Made by a program: the position numbers and the translations under genes. Below, one piece after another: positions 55,401-64,000 of a stretch of DNA of 64,000 nucleotides; the stretch's first letter is position 1; the number at the start of each line of letters is the position of its first letter. The stretch lies in IMG/VR virus record IMGVR_UViG_3300048507_000465, positions 1-64,000 of that record; one strand, 5' to 3'. This DNA comes from a virus. The notes under the pieces are model-generated. The model ran no database searches, was not told the DNA's origin, and saw only the letters and a program-made list of their open reading frames with translations.

Positions 55401-56127
55401 ACATAAAGACCATCCTTTCTTAGAAAATGTATGGGAAGATGCAGTTGCTAATAGTAATACTACGGATTTAAGTGCCGTTAAAAATAGTATGATATTCTCT
55501 ATGCCTAAAACTGCTACAATAGCAACAGGTGCTACTTTATTTAGCTTTTTTGGATATGATAATTCATTAGATGTTGTAAAAGCTAAACAACAGATGGCAT
55601 ACCATAGTGGAACAAATTTAAATGAATCGGGCGGTAACCTTGATAGATCTATTAAAATGTCATTTGACGAGGCCGACCAATACTTACTGGGCGGTAGATC
55701 TTGTGGAGCTTTCTTATTTATGTCTCCAGTAAATATGGATACGTTAAAAGTTGGAGGCGAAACTAGAAAAAGTAAAAAAGAAATAAAACCTAAGAAAAGT
55801 AACGAATCTAACGCAGTATCTGTAGATCTTACATTCCAATATAGAATGACAGATTATTATGGTAATAATGAAGAACTGGATACTGGTAGAGTTGGAGGTT
55901 TTGCTAGATTAGCCTATAATAATTTGACATATACTAAGAAAATGGGATTAGATATTTTTGATAAGTATGGTGAACAATTTTCTTTTGATTTAGAAGTATT
56001 TGCTAAGTATAGCCCTAAGGGTAAAAACTTAAACTCTATAAAAGCTGCTAGATTAACTAGAAATGTTACAAGTACTCCAATCCAACCATGGTATACTCAA
56101 GTCGGAGGTAGGAATATTCTGCAATAA
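52450..56127 (+). CDS. Large putative virion structural protein
   Basis: 1225 aa; coiled-coil and FN3-like (VEIRVKSISEAG) segments. Confidence 0.75.
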   Translation: MNTNNSISNSLKKLLEINTNSLKAFERINEAVTTDQKNIQLELLTEDGGTKLVSIPGFNFMKRELDRLDTNLKALTGLGKGSTKIKLPDGTFQNIITSELSTPANDISIVARPITFSTKPNYFAEDFLNPILKTSIDVSGQLPNDTERVLIKRIIFDSTNQVAVDFFNDNYRNQEEIDYLTALRDITNSNISYIVDEDLRDMPYRTGQYTGKFDVISISNSQREVIVNGVTTKAAIKLYTLDSLTYSDKSKDLDDTELLRVGDELMVTGGSKNTRYKISKLDASTRQVELELVEGYQPIKIGGSVLSIYKTEDDNLQVDIPCGFNERVLMFMKAVDPVSKLLAENWSPGIGFYTNELTITQENGQEITLADFYKDEVADFAKMIEAIKTDSIPPATVGVTPDAPVLDTSNFKVVQINSHLTANDAKDKIKKLNSDKVSVDEAIKKLDETITKKRSEIATKKYESKVQRDKDKNELNSLIEERASEAKLFNSIVTQIQSISSESNSTKISPKYRVRGFWAIPKPKTVAATLDQQVVQFIVQYRYLSTSGKSGNAAQLKFTDDGREKTAVFSNWVEFKTKPRPRAKSIDSDGNVSNKFTWQESKIEDGQEINFNQLDIPINQGELVEIRVKSISEAGYPANPIMSDYSESISMNFPEAEIDTTDTDAIVQQNIAELARVRMNEELTSQGVYTHVEDSFTANESYYAHVATNIASGFLSEEQKPISVYDKIAELEAQITALKGEVEAEVGELVVKIVDDAGVVTNINPDTTTQLFAGYYVDEVADLTIRKGHIVTKTYKLLLENSKSTKLELVSRLIGDRTKSAYRSANASSLDSTNGFGISTNDSGGNTPDVKIDSDTYYLTEGRYELAPIQYQNVDPSSSDNLNDSPYQSAQRRGQFVYSRYMDVANQNPHYLIEPTETQVGNYTISDYEYPLSYDNTAYAAGGNTDFIWSGDFNDYAGTWDASKVQVTSTNTVGLYDYNRGLFIHKDHPFLENVWEDAVANSNTTDLSAVKNSMIFSMPKTATIATGATLFSFFGYDNSLDVVKAKQQMAYHSGTNLNESGGNLDRSIKMSFDEADQYLLGGRSCGAFLFMSPVNMDTLKVGGETRKSKKEIKPKKSNESNAVSVDLTFQYRMTDYYGNNEELDTGRVGGFARLAYNNLTYTKKMGLDIFDKYGEQFSFDLEVFAKYSPKGKNLNSIKAARLTRNVTSTPIQPWYTQVGGRNILQ

Positions 56128-56202
56128 ACCCACATTAGATAGTTAATAATCTTAGATATATAATAGAGAAAGAAATATCTCTATAATAAGATTTTAAACT
56201 AA

Positions 56203-59200
56203 ATGGCACAATTAATATTAAAAGGTACTTTACAGACTAGTGCAGCTGATGCATTTGCTAACGGCCCTAGTAATGTAACCCAACAAACTCTATATTGGGA
56301 TGATAGCAATAACGCAACATTTGGCGCAGGTACTGATTTATTTACGGATGCCGGCATGGATCCCCTTACAGATACATTTACGCCAGGAAGCAATGGTTGG
56401 TGGTATACTATAGATGGAAATAGAGCAATTCAAATTGATGGTACCGCAAACTTAGGTCGAGTTTTAGATATTGAAAACGGCCCTATAATTACTTTAAATG
56501 GGGATTCTACTGAATATTATACAGTCGGGTCAACATGGACCGACGCAGGTGCTACTGCTACTGATGTAGAAGATGGTAATGTAACTGGTATCACTATGGC
56601 AGGCGCGACCAGCGGCGATACTTTAAATTCTACGGGAAATACTTCAATTACATATGATGTATCAGATTCAGATAATTATCCAGCTTTAACAGTAACTAGA
56701 CTACTAACCGTATATTCTTACGATACATTTTCAGCATCAGCATCAACAGTTGACGAGGGTGGTACTATTATATTTACATTAAATGGTACTAATATTCCAG
56801 GTGGTACTACAATACCATACGCTGTAACTGGTATTAGTTCTGCGGATTTATCATCAGGTTCAACTGATGGAATGTCTGGTAGTATTACGGTAGATTTTGG
56901 TACTGGTAGTTTAACTTTTACATTAAATGAAGATTTAACAACAGAGTCAGCAGAGACTTTGACCGTTACATTAGATCCACAAACACTGGGAGATTCTAAT
57001 GGAGCAGATGTAGGTTCTCTTTCTGATTCAGTTACCGTTAATGATACTAGTATTGGAAACGACCCTCCTACTATAATTGTAGATCCATTGTTAGTTAGTG
57101 TTACTAATGATATTAATGATGGAAACTTAGAGTGGGTATCTATTAATTTAGGTAATAATATAAGTGGTAATACCGACAACGACCCATTAACTTATACAAT
57201 ATTAGACCCGGGAAATTTTAACGGAAGTTTAGCAGAATCACAGGGAGGTAGTGTCATTTCACAATGGCCACATGCTATTGCTAATAATGGTAGTACTATA
57301 TGGTATACTCCAGGTAATGTATTTAATCAAGGCTCTGAAAGTTTTGATTACAAGGTAGATGATGGAACTAATGATGCTACGGGAACTGTAACCGTAACAG
57401 TTTCTCCACCAGTAAATACAGCTCCGACTGCGGAAAATTATACAGGAATCTCCCTTGATGGAGAAATATCAAATACCGCAACTAGATCTTATGAGTTTCA
57501 AAGAAAGCACTCAGTTACACCTTCTGCTCAAATAGGAGAAACATATAGCTTTCAATGGGTAGATGATTCAAATGGTACTAATGTATTAACAATTGGCCAG
57601 TTAAATAACTCATTAAGCCACGGTACAGTTGCTATTACAGCAGGTGATGGTACCGGAGAGTGGTTTACGTATACACTTAATAATAATGTAGATTTAAATC
57701 CTAGTAGCTCTCAACTTACAGAGACTTTTTATTATCAAATAACTGAAACTAATACTACGGAGTCTTATTCTGCTAGGGGTCAAATAGATCTAAGCATACA
57801 ACCTCCTGGAAATACACCACCCCAATTTACCACACCTGGTAGTTCTCCACATTCAGTGAGTGTTGATCAGTTTAGTTTTGTAAATATTAATATAGCTGTA
57901 ACAGATGGAGATGGAGATAATATTACATTTAATGCTACACAACCACCAAGTGGGCAGGGTGCTGTAGATATTTCTAATTTAGGTATAAACGGTACTATAA
58001 AATATACACCTGGGTCATATCAGGGTAATACTACATTTACCCTTACGGCAAACGATCCATACGGTGGAAGTGCTTCTATGCTGTTTAATGTTACAGTAAA
58101 TGCTAGTCCATATGTTGCAGTAAGAATTAGCCCATGGGGAAGTTCATCTTCAATTGCTTGTAACGATTCTCGAGGCTCTCAAAATTATTATTTAAACACA
58201 GCACAAGCTGTAACGTTAAATGAATTAACAATAGGAGATTCTATTTACGTAAGTACAGCCCTTAGTGATACGTGGGCGCCTATTGACGCTGCATTTGGTT
58301 GGGTTTCAGTTGCAGAAGCAACCGACTTAGGAAATGTTATATCATATAAGATTGATACTAATGGTATTATTGAGGAAGTGGTTGCATGTCAAGTTACTGG
58401 AGGTCAAGCGTGGCCAATAGAAATAGGTTCTTCGTCATCGGTAAATGCATATTGTAATTTGCAGTCGTTTCAAACAGGTATAGTTTATCAAAATATTAGT
58501 GAATTTAAACCAAATGGTGTTACGCCTTTTACGCTAGGTGATGTTGTTGAGGCTGGCGGTCAGTTATTTAATTCAGAATATTATGCTAATGCGTATGCAG
58601 GTCAGACGGCTCCGGCAAATATTGCACTAGGAGATGGCCTTTACAACTTTGTTAGCTCGTATGGTAAATATTATTCTTATCAAAATGGAGTTTGGCAAAT
58701 AAACACAGATACTAGTTCGCCTTATTACAATACGACTACATTTGGTTGTCCACCTGAAGTTACATGGGAGGTTAAAAGTTTAACTGTAAAATGGTTACCA
58801 GAACAACCTACAGAAATAGGGTATATTTGTAATGCTACTTCAGCTGAGCTTGAGGATATTACAATTTACTATAAAGTTCCACAGGGAATAACATATACTT
58901 TAAAGGATTTAGCTATAAATCAAAAGAGAATTTTTACTAGCGAATCAGCCGCTTTATCAAACGATTATAGTCAACTATTTCAATCAGCGGTTTTACTATA
59001 TTTTGGTAAGTATTTTATTTGGAATAATGATGATGAAACAGGTTATACGGGAGCTGTACAATGGTATGGTTTTAATTCAATTACTAATGAGATTGAACTT
59101 GCTAACATTGGAAGTTCGGGAGGTGTTTGTTTATCTCCAGGTAACCAAGATTACATTAGAGAAGAACATACTGGGCTTTCTTATGAAATAGGTAGTTCAA

Positions 59201-62200
59201 CTGGAACTAGACCTAATGCGTATTATGCTTTTTATGGATGTGAAGTGCAATTAGATGCTGGTATTCCAGGAGGAGATTCATACTGGCCTTTATATGTAAT
59301 AGACGGATTTCATACTGCTGATTTAAATTCTACGTCATTTGTTAAAGATTTTATTAGTACAGTAGGCGATACTGTTACACATATTAAGTCTAGTGAATGT
59401 ATGACTTTAAAGCATAAAGTATGGGGGCTTAATATACAAGACGCAATTAATCAGCTAGAAGATAATATATCAGTATATAGACAGGATAGGATTAGGGCAA
59501 TTGCAATAAACCCACAAGATATAGGTATAGGGAGTCAGTCTATTATTTCATATGGATATAGTGATTGTGGAGGATGTCTTACAAATCCAGAAACTGTAAA
59601 TACATATCAATTTCCTATAGTAGAAGATTTTGAAATATTAAATAGGACAATACCTAATTTTAATTTAGAGACTAATTATGAATTAGATAACGTATCTAAA
59701 CCGTTATTAAGAACAAATCCAAAATTATCAACTAATGCTAAATTAGTAGCCAACCTCAACGATCAAGTTTTTATTGAAAGTATTGACGCTACTAAGGAGT
59801 TGGCTTCAGTTTCATATAAAAGGTGGGAAGTTAATAAAGATGGACAGTATTCATATGACTTAAAAAAGTTTTATGAATTTAGTTATACAACATCTGACAT
59901 TATGTATGCTACTAAAGTAGAATACTCAGATTATGCAGTACAAGAGACCTTTGATAAACAAATTGAAGAACTATATCAATACGGTACTAAATATAATTAC
60001 TCTAAACTACACGATGAAGACTATAGAATTTTCGCACCAATTTGGTTAGATAAAGCTATACCTAGAAAATTTGTAATATTTAGAGTTAGTGATCCTACAT
60101 CTTCTGTTGATTTTGATAATAGGAGTATGTTTAATAATATGCAGGATTTATTAAAAAATTCTGAAATAATAAAAACATTTGATTTAACTAAAGATTCTAC
60201 ATTGGGTTCTTATATAAGGAATCATATGGAGGATGAGGGCTTCCCAAAGACTCCAATTACTTTTAACTTTGACGAAAATGAAAAAAGTACGTTTAACGGT
60301 ATTGATTTAAAAAAGGGTGGTTTTACTAAGAAGGGTGAGTTTTTACATGATGATTTTGTAAAAGCAGATGCGCCTCTTATTTCAAGTAATCAACTAATAA
60401 CTGATGGGTTTGAAAGAAATAATATAGCATGTGCTAATTTATTAAACTTAGAGTTTTTATTCAATGATGATTTAGTATCGGATTATGGTATTAATAGATA
60501 TTTTGGAGTGTACGTTAATGATATAGATTCTGGATATGGGTCTATTTCTACTTCTGAAAACGGTAATATAGTTTTTGATATATTAAATAGTAATATTAAT
60601 AATGATAGCTGGTCTGCTATTCCATCATTTAAACATATATCTCAGACTCCAACTATTGGGTATGTTTCGATAAGTGATGAATACTATAAAATTTCTTCTA
60701 GAAGTAATTATATTCCTAAAAATTTAAACGTTGTAGTTGAAGATTCAGGTAACAAGATACCTAATGAAATTAAAATAGCTCCAAACGGTAATTCTATTGA
60801 TATTACTAGAAACAAAGAAGCTGGGTTTGATTTTATTAAAATGGAACTTATATCAACTCCTAATACTAACGATAAGTTTACTATATTTTCTTCTAAAGAA
60901 TCTTCGTATGCTATTAAATTTGTTAGACTTGCGGAGGGTGAAAACTGGAGTATTTATTTTAATGAGTATGGTGTACAAAAGGTAGTTCCATTCCAGACTG
61001 GTTCTAGTTTATTAACTACATTTATTAACATTAAAAATGAATTTTTAAATTTAGGATTTTCTAATATTAAAATAGATTGGGACTTAGATAAAAGTACATT
61101 ATATGTAACAGAGTTACAGTCTACCCTCGGGGATTTAGAGCTTTATATTAAATCAACAGATCAATCTTATACTAGCTTAGCAAATGCAGTTGCAATACAA
61201 ACCTCTTTTAACTTAGATAACTCAACATATATTGCTTCAGATCAAATTAGTGCTGGTAATTTTAGTAGTACTACATATTCTAGTAATGGTACATTAGGCC
61301 AGATAACTAAAGCATTAGTATCTTGTATTACAAATTCTGCGCAAACTGATTTTAACGTATTACATGAAACAGGGTCAAATATATTTTATATTAAATCTAA
61401 AGTAAAGGGCTACAAGCTTTTACAAAGTGGAGTTTTAGTTCCTAAAGAAAACTCTATAGATTTTTTAAATATAGAAAATTTAGATACTAATTCTTTATTA
61501 AATCTTCACGATGAGAGCCTAAATTCAATAGCAGTAACTAATAATATTTATTACATGAGCGGTGGTAACTCTGCTAATAAGTCAGTTTATGTTTCTTTAG
61601 ATTCTGTTGCGGATGTAAATATAGGTGATTATATAGAGACTAAAAAATTAAACGTATATAATAAAATTATAGATATTGTAGACGACGTCGATAGAATTCC
61701 AACAACATTTAAAAGATTAATACTAGAACGTGAAAACGATTTAGATTCTGGAGAAATTAAAATATATGCGGATAATCTTGCTAGAATAGGTTTATTTTCA
61801 GCGTTTGATATACATGATATGAATTTTGATTTTTATGATACTTCAAACTCAGATCTTAAAGAGTTAAAATATGAAAATTCTGCTACTATTAATTATATAC
61901 CAGAGGAGAGTACTTCAGGAACTGAAGATGAAGTTGCAGTATTTAGTAATGATTATGATTTAACACCTAGTAATTATTTTACAGGTATTAGTGATGTATT
62001 ACCGGAGGAGCTTGCAGATCAATATAATGAAATAAAACTTTATACTGAGTATGATAGATTAAATGAAAATAATCTTAAAGAGTTTGCTTTAAATTCTAGA
62101 GTAGTTCCTAATATTAATAAATGGGTATTAAAAGATACTTTAACTGTAAGAGAACAACCATATTATTTAAATGCCAATGAAGCATTTGGTAGAACTAATT

Positions 62201-64000
62201 TTGCGCCTGACTTTTCTAACCCAGGTAGAGATAGATTAGGAATGACACATGAGTGGTTTTATTTAGATAAAATACCTAAATACTTACAATATAATCAGTT
62301 AAATGATACTTTTAGTTATTTAAACTTTAATGAAGATTTTGATTTACAACCTATTCATTTTAAAAGTACATCTTTTGATTATTTTGATAGATTTATGATA
62401 AGCGACGGGTTTGAAATTAAAGATAACTATGGTATAGTTTCTTTTATTAAAACAAACCTTAAAAAGAAATATACTGTTGTAGATGGCGGTAATGATACAT
62501 CATTTGCAAGTACTATATTTAAAGGTTTAAGAGTTAATTTTAAAAGTAGAAAAGAATTTGAAAATATAACATCCTCCGATTTTATTAAAAATTCAGAATT
62601 TAATGGGTATAAGTTTAGTACTATTGTTAAAGTTAAGACGGGTCAAGCGTCTAATGATATTTCATACGAGATTATTCAAAATAAAGCTTTTAATTTTGTA
62701 GTATTTTTTATTACAGTATCCTTAGACGATTTATGGTCTAATAATTCTATTAATAGAAAACTATTGTATGAAATGAATCATAGCCTTGTTTGGACCGGAA
62801 ATCCTGGGTTTGAAGTTTTTCAATATTCTGATGTTAAAATCTCCGGAGCTATGAATTTAAATAGTTTAAATACAACAGATCCGACTGCAATAGATTATTT
62901 AGTATTAACAGGTTTAACACATGATGATGGGTCAATACCTCAATTTATAGAACAAATAAATACTGATGATGATAATCAATATGGAGTATTAAAAGTAACT
63001 ATTAATGCAGATTCAGGTCCAAATAATATATACTTACCCATAGCTTCAGTAAACGATCAAGATGAGCTAGTTCTTTCTGGAGTTCCGATGGATAGCGAAA
63101 CAGGTGGGAATCCAGTACCTTTGTATAATTTACCGGACTACTTACAATTAGAAGCTGAGTATAACTATTTAAAGGGTGGTAAAAATGCTTTTAAAAATAT
63201 TCTAGATAGTTTATCAATATCTAATGTATATCAGTTGTTAAAACAAAATGATGGTCAGATAGTTTATACTACAATAGAAGAGGACGGAACTTCTTTAAAT
63301 AATAGATTTCAAATAGAATTCGAAGATGGTAATGAGGTAATAAAAGAATCGTTCTTGCTTACAACCACAGATACCGATAAACCAAAATCATTTAAATTAT
63401 CTAAGGGTAATATAGGTTTTGAATTAATAGCCGGTGATATTTACTATCCGTTTTTAGTTAGACATAACGGTGATTACACTGTGGATACTAAGCCTGTAAT
63501 TACGTTTACTGATACATATTCACACTTTAAAACTAACGATTTACAATCTACTATTAATTCATCTGAGTTAGCGTTTGAAGAGCAGATGTATAAACATTCT
63601 TTAACCGATGTTGAAGAAATTAATTTGGCTAGAGATTATTATAGAAGATATAATAGGTGTGGTACTGCTTTTAATCTAGGGTTTGTACAAGATGATGGAA
63701 CTCATGATAATAATTGGGGTATAATTAAAAACCATTTTTATAGAAAGGTAAATGAAATAAATACATCAGGTGTTACAAAACTATCAACTTCTACTGAGAA
63801 ACTACCTTTGTATCCTCTAATTGGTGAAATAGCTATAGATAAAAAAGACGTTAATGTATTTAGATCTTCATGGGATAAAAATTATTATACCAGAGCTCTA
63901 TCTGGCGGCGGCTCAGAATTAGTTCCAGGTACATTTGAAACTAAAGAAGAAAAATCATATTTAGGCTCTACTGTAATGAAACCTAAAGATTCATATAGCT
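56203..64000 (+). CDS. Giant virion protein (>2,599 aa, 3'-truncated) with DUF5011-like, Calx-beta and cadherin/Big-like domains; missed by the track
   Basis: ATG at 56203 after GATATATAAT (56155). Frame 1 reads MAQLILKGTLQTSAAD...PIITLNGDS..WTDAGATATDVEDG...STVDEGGTIIFTL...ESFDYKVDDG...LLRTNPKLS... to the window end. Spot-checked codons show no stop, and the track would have listed it had it terminated. Confidence 0.9.
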   Translation, partial: MAQLILKGTLQTSAADAFANGPSNVTQQTLYWDDSNNATFGAGTDLFTDAGMDPLTDTFTPGSNGWWYTIDGNRAIQIDGTANLGRVLDIENGPIITLNGDSTEYYTVGSTWTDAGATATDVEDGNVTGITMAGATSGDTLNSTGNTSITYDVSDSDNYPALTVTRLLTVYSYDTFSASASTVDEGGTIIFTLNGTNIPGGTTIPYAVTGISSADLSSGSTDGMSGSITVDFGTGSLTFTLNEDLTTESAETLTVTLDPQTLGDSNGADVGSLSDSVTVNDTSIGNDPPTIIVDPLLVSVTNDINDGNLEWVSINLGNNISGNTDNDPLTYTILDPGNFNGSLAESQGGSVISQWPHAIANNGSTIWYTPGNVFNQGSESFDYKVDDGTNDATGTVTVTVSPPVNTAPTAENYTGISLDGEISNTATRSYEFQRKHSVTPSAQIGETYSFQWVDDSNGTNVLTIGQLNNSLSHGTVAITAGDGTGEWFTYTLNNNVDLNPSSSQLTETFYYQITETNTTESYSARGQIDLSIQPPGNTPPQFTTPGSSPHSVSVDQFSFVNINIAVTDGDGDNITFNATQPPSGQGAVDISNLGINGTIKYTPGSYQGNTTFTLTANDPYGGSASMLFNVTVNASPYVAVRISPWGSSSSIACNDSRGSQNYYLNTAQAVTLNELTIGDSIYVSTALSDTWAPIDAAFGWVSVAEATDLGNVISYKIDTNGIIEEVVACQVTGGQAWPIEIGSSSSVNAYCNLQSFQTGIVYQNISEFKPNGVTPFTLGDVVEAGGQLFNSEYYANAYAGQTAPANIALGDGLYNFVSSYGKYYSYQNGVWQINTDTSSPYYNTTTFGCPPEVTWEVKSLTVKWLPEQPTEIGYICNATSAELEDITIYYKVPQGITYTLKDLAINQKRIFTSESAALSNDYSQLFQSAVLLYFGKYFIWNNDDETGYTGAVQWYGFNSITNEIELANIGSSGGVCLSPGNQDYIREEHTGLSYEIGSSTGTRPNAYYAFYGCEVQLDAGIPGGDSYWPLYVIDGFHTADLNSTSFVKDFISTVGDTVTHIKSSECMTLKHKVWGLNIQDAINQLEDNISVYRQDRIRAIAINPQDIGIGSQSIISYGYSDCGGCLTNPETVNTYQFPIVEDFEILNRTIPNFNLETNYELDNVSKPLLRTNPKLSTNAKLVANLNDQVFIESIDATKELASVSYKRWEVNKDGQYSYDLKKFYEFSYTTSDIMYATKVEYSDYAVQETFDKQIEELYQYGTKYNYSKLHDEDYRIFAPIWLDKAIPRKFVIFRVSDPTSSVDFDNRSMFNNMQDLLKNSEIIKTFDLTKDSTLGSYIRNHMEDEGFPKTPITFNFDENEKSTFNGIDLKKGGFTKKGEFLHDDFVKADAPLISSNQLITDGFERNNIACANLLNLEFLFNDDLVSDYGINRYFGVYVNDIDSGYGSISTSENGNIVFDILNSNINNDSWSAIPSFKHISQTPTIGYVSISDEYYKISSRSNYIPKNLNVVVEDSGNKIPNEIKIAPNGNSIDITRNKEAGFDFIKMELISTPNTNDKFTIFSSKESSYAIKFVRLAEGENWSIYFNEYGVQKVVPFQTGSSLLTTFINIKNEFLNLGFSNIKIDWDLDKSTLYVTELQSTLGDLELYIKSTDQSYTSLANAVAIQTSFNLDNSTYIASDQISAGNFSSTTYSSNGTLGQITKALVSCITNSAQTDFNVLHETGSNIFYIKSKVKGYKLLQSGVLVPKENSIDFLNIENLDTNSLLNLHDESLNSIAVTNNIYYMSGGNSANKSVYVSLDSVADVNIGDYIETKKLNVYNKIIDIVDDVDRIPTTFKRLILERENDLDSGEIKIYADNLARIGLFSAFDIHDMNFDFYDTSNSDLKELKYENSATINYIPEESTSGTEDEVAVFSNDYDLTPSNYFTGISDVLPEELADQYNEIKLYTEYDRLNENNLKEFALNSRVVPNINKWVLKDTLTVREQPYYLNANEAFGRTNFAPDFSNPGRDRLGMTHEWFYLDKIPKYLQYNQLNDTFSYLNFNEDFDLQPIHFKSTSFDYFDRFMISDGFEIKDNYGIVSFIKTNLKKKYTVVDGGNDTSFASTIFKGLRVNFKSRKEFENITSSDFIKNSEFNGYKFSTIVKVKTGQASNDISYEIIQNKAFNFVVFFITVSLDDLWSNNSINRKLLYEMNHSLVWTGNPGFEVFQYSDVKISGAMNLNSLNTTDPTAIDYLVLTGLTHDDGSIPQFIEQINTDDDNQYGVLKVTINADSGPNNIYLPIASVNDQDELVLSGVPMDSETGGNPVPLYNLPDYLQLEAEYNYLKGGKNAFKNILDSLSISNVYQLLKQNDGQIVYTTIEEDGTSLNNRFQIEFEDGNEVIKESFLLTTTDTDKPKSFKLSKGNIGFELIAGDIYYPFLVRHNGDYTVDTKPVITFTDTYSHFKTNDLQSTINSSELAFEEQMYKHSLTDVEEINLARDYYRRYNRCGTAFNLGFVQDDGTHDNNWGIIKNHFYRKVNEINTSGVTKLSTSTEKLPLYPLIGEIAIDKKDVNVFRSSWDKNYYTRALSGGGSELVPGTFETKEEKSYLGSTVMKPKDSYS

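Noticed and set aside
41557-60985. Minus-strand and nested ORFs such as 41557..42042, 51401..52234, 56718..57179, 59003..59191 and 60797..60985
   Set aside because: They lie fully inside long, motif-bearing + strand genes and have no recognisable motifs.
1-64000. Stop-codon reassignment (TAG or TGA recoding, as in some Bacteroidota phages)
   Set aside because: Code 11 gives full-length genes at high density. TAG ends dCMP deaminase at its expected C-terminus, and TGA ends several genes in ATGA overlaps.

Overview
AT-rich, densely coding, almost entirely + strand segment of a large T4-like myovirus (jumbo-phage type). The host is most likely an aquatic Bacteroidota (Flavobacteriia): the bS21 and HAD phosphatase are Flavobacteria-like, and start regions are A-rich and lack Shine-Dalgarno sequences. 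All product calls come from motif recognition by eye; no searches were run. Layout: (1) 1-5.9 kb: end of a collagen-like fibre gene, then a free-standing S74 chaperone, a 2OG-Fe(II) oxygenase, a GT4, a COLGALT-like GT25::PLOD-like lysyl hydroxylase fusion and a pyruvyl transferase. Together these look like an animal-style collagen hydroxylation/glycosylation pathway in a phage. (2) 5.9-31 kb: host-takeover and DNA metabolism genes (ATP-grasp, 3'-5' exonuclease, Hsp20, DnaJ, bS21, PhoH, GNA1-like GNAT, RNase HII, HAD phosphatases, PvuII-like nuclease, UvsE, dCMP deaminase, DinG helicase). Mixed in are putative capsid-internal proteins, an unannotated 21-aa 9-Cys metallothionein-like ORF and a candidate sRNA. 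(3) 31-64 kb: baseplate/neck/tail module (gp53-, gp5-, gp13-, gp25-, gp6-like), interrupted by a bS1-like gene and an amidoligase. It ends in a >2,599-codon Ig/Calx-beta/cadherin-rich ORF that the ORF track missed. Three promoter-like motif classes are readable: a ~65-bp repeated early element (5 copies), AAAC-N17-TATAA (8 copies, before DNA-metabolism genes) and GATA(T/A)ATA (late). The late motif sits exactly 12 nt before the ATG in six genes, suggesting leaderless late mRNAs in a phage that encodes its own bS21 and bS1.
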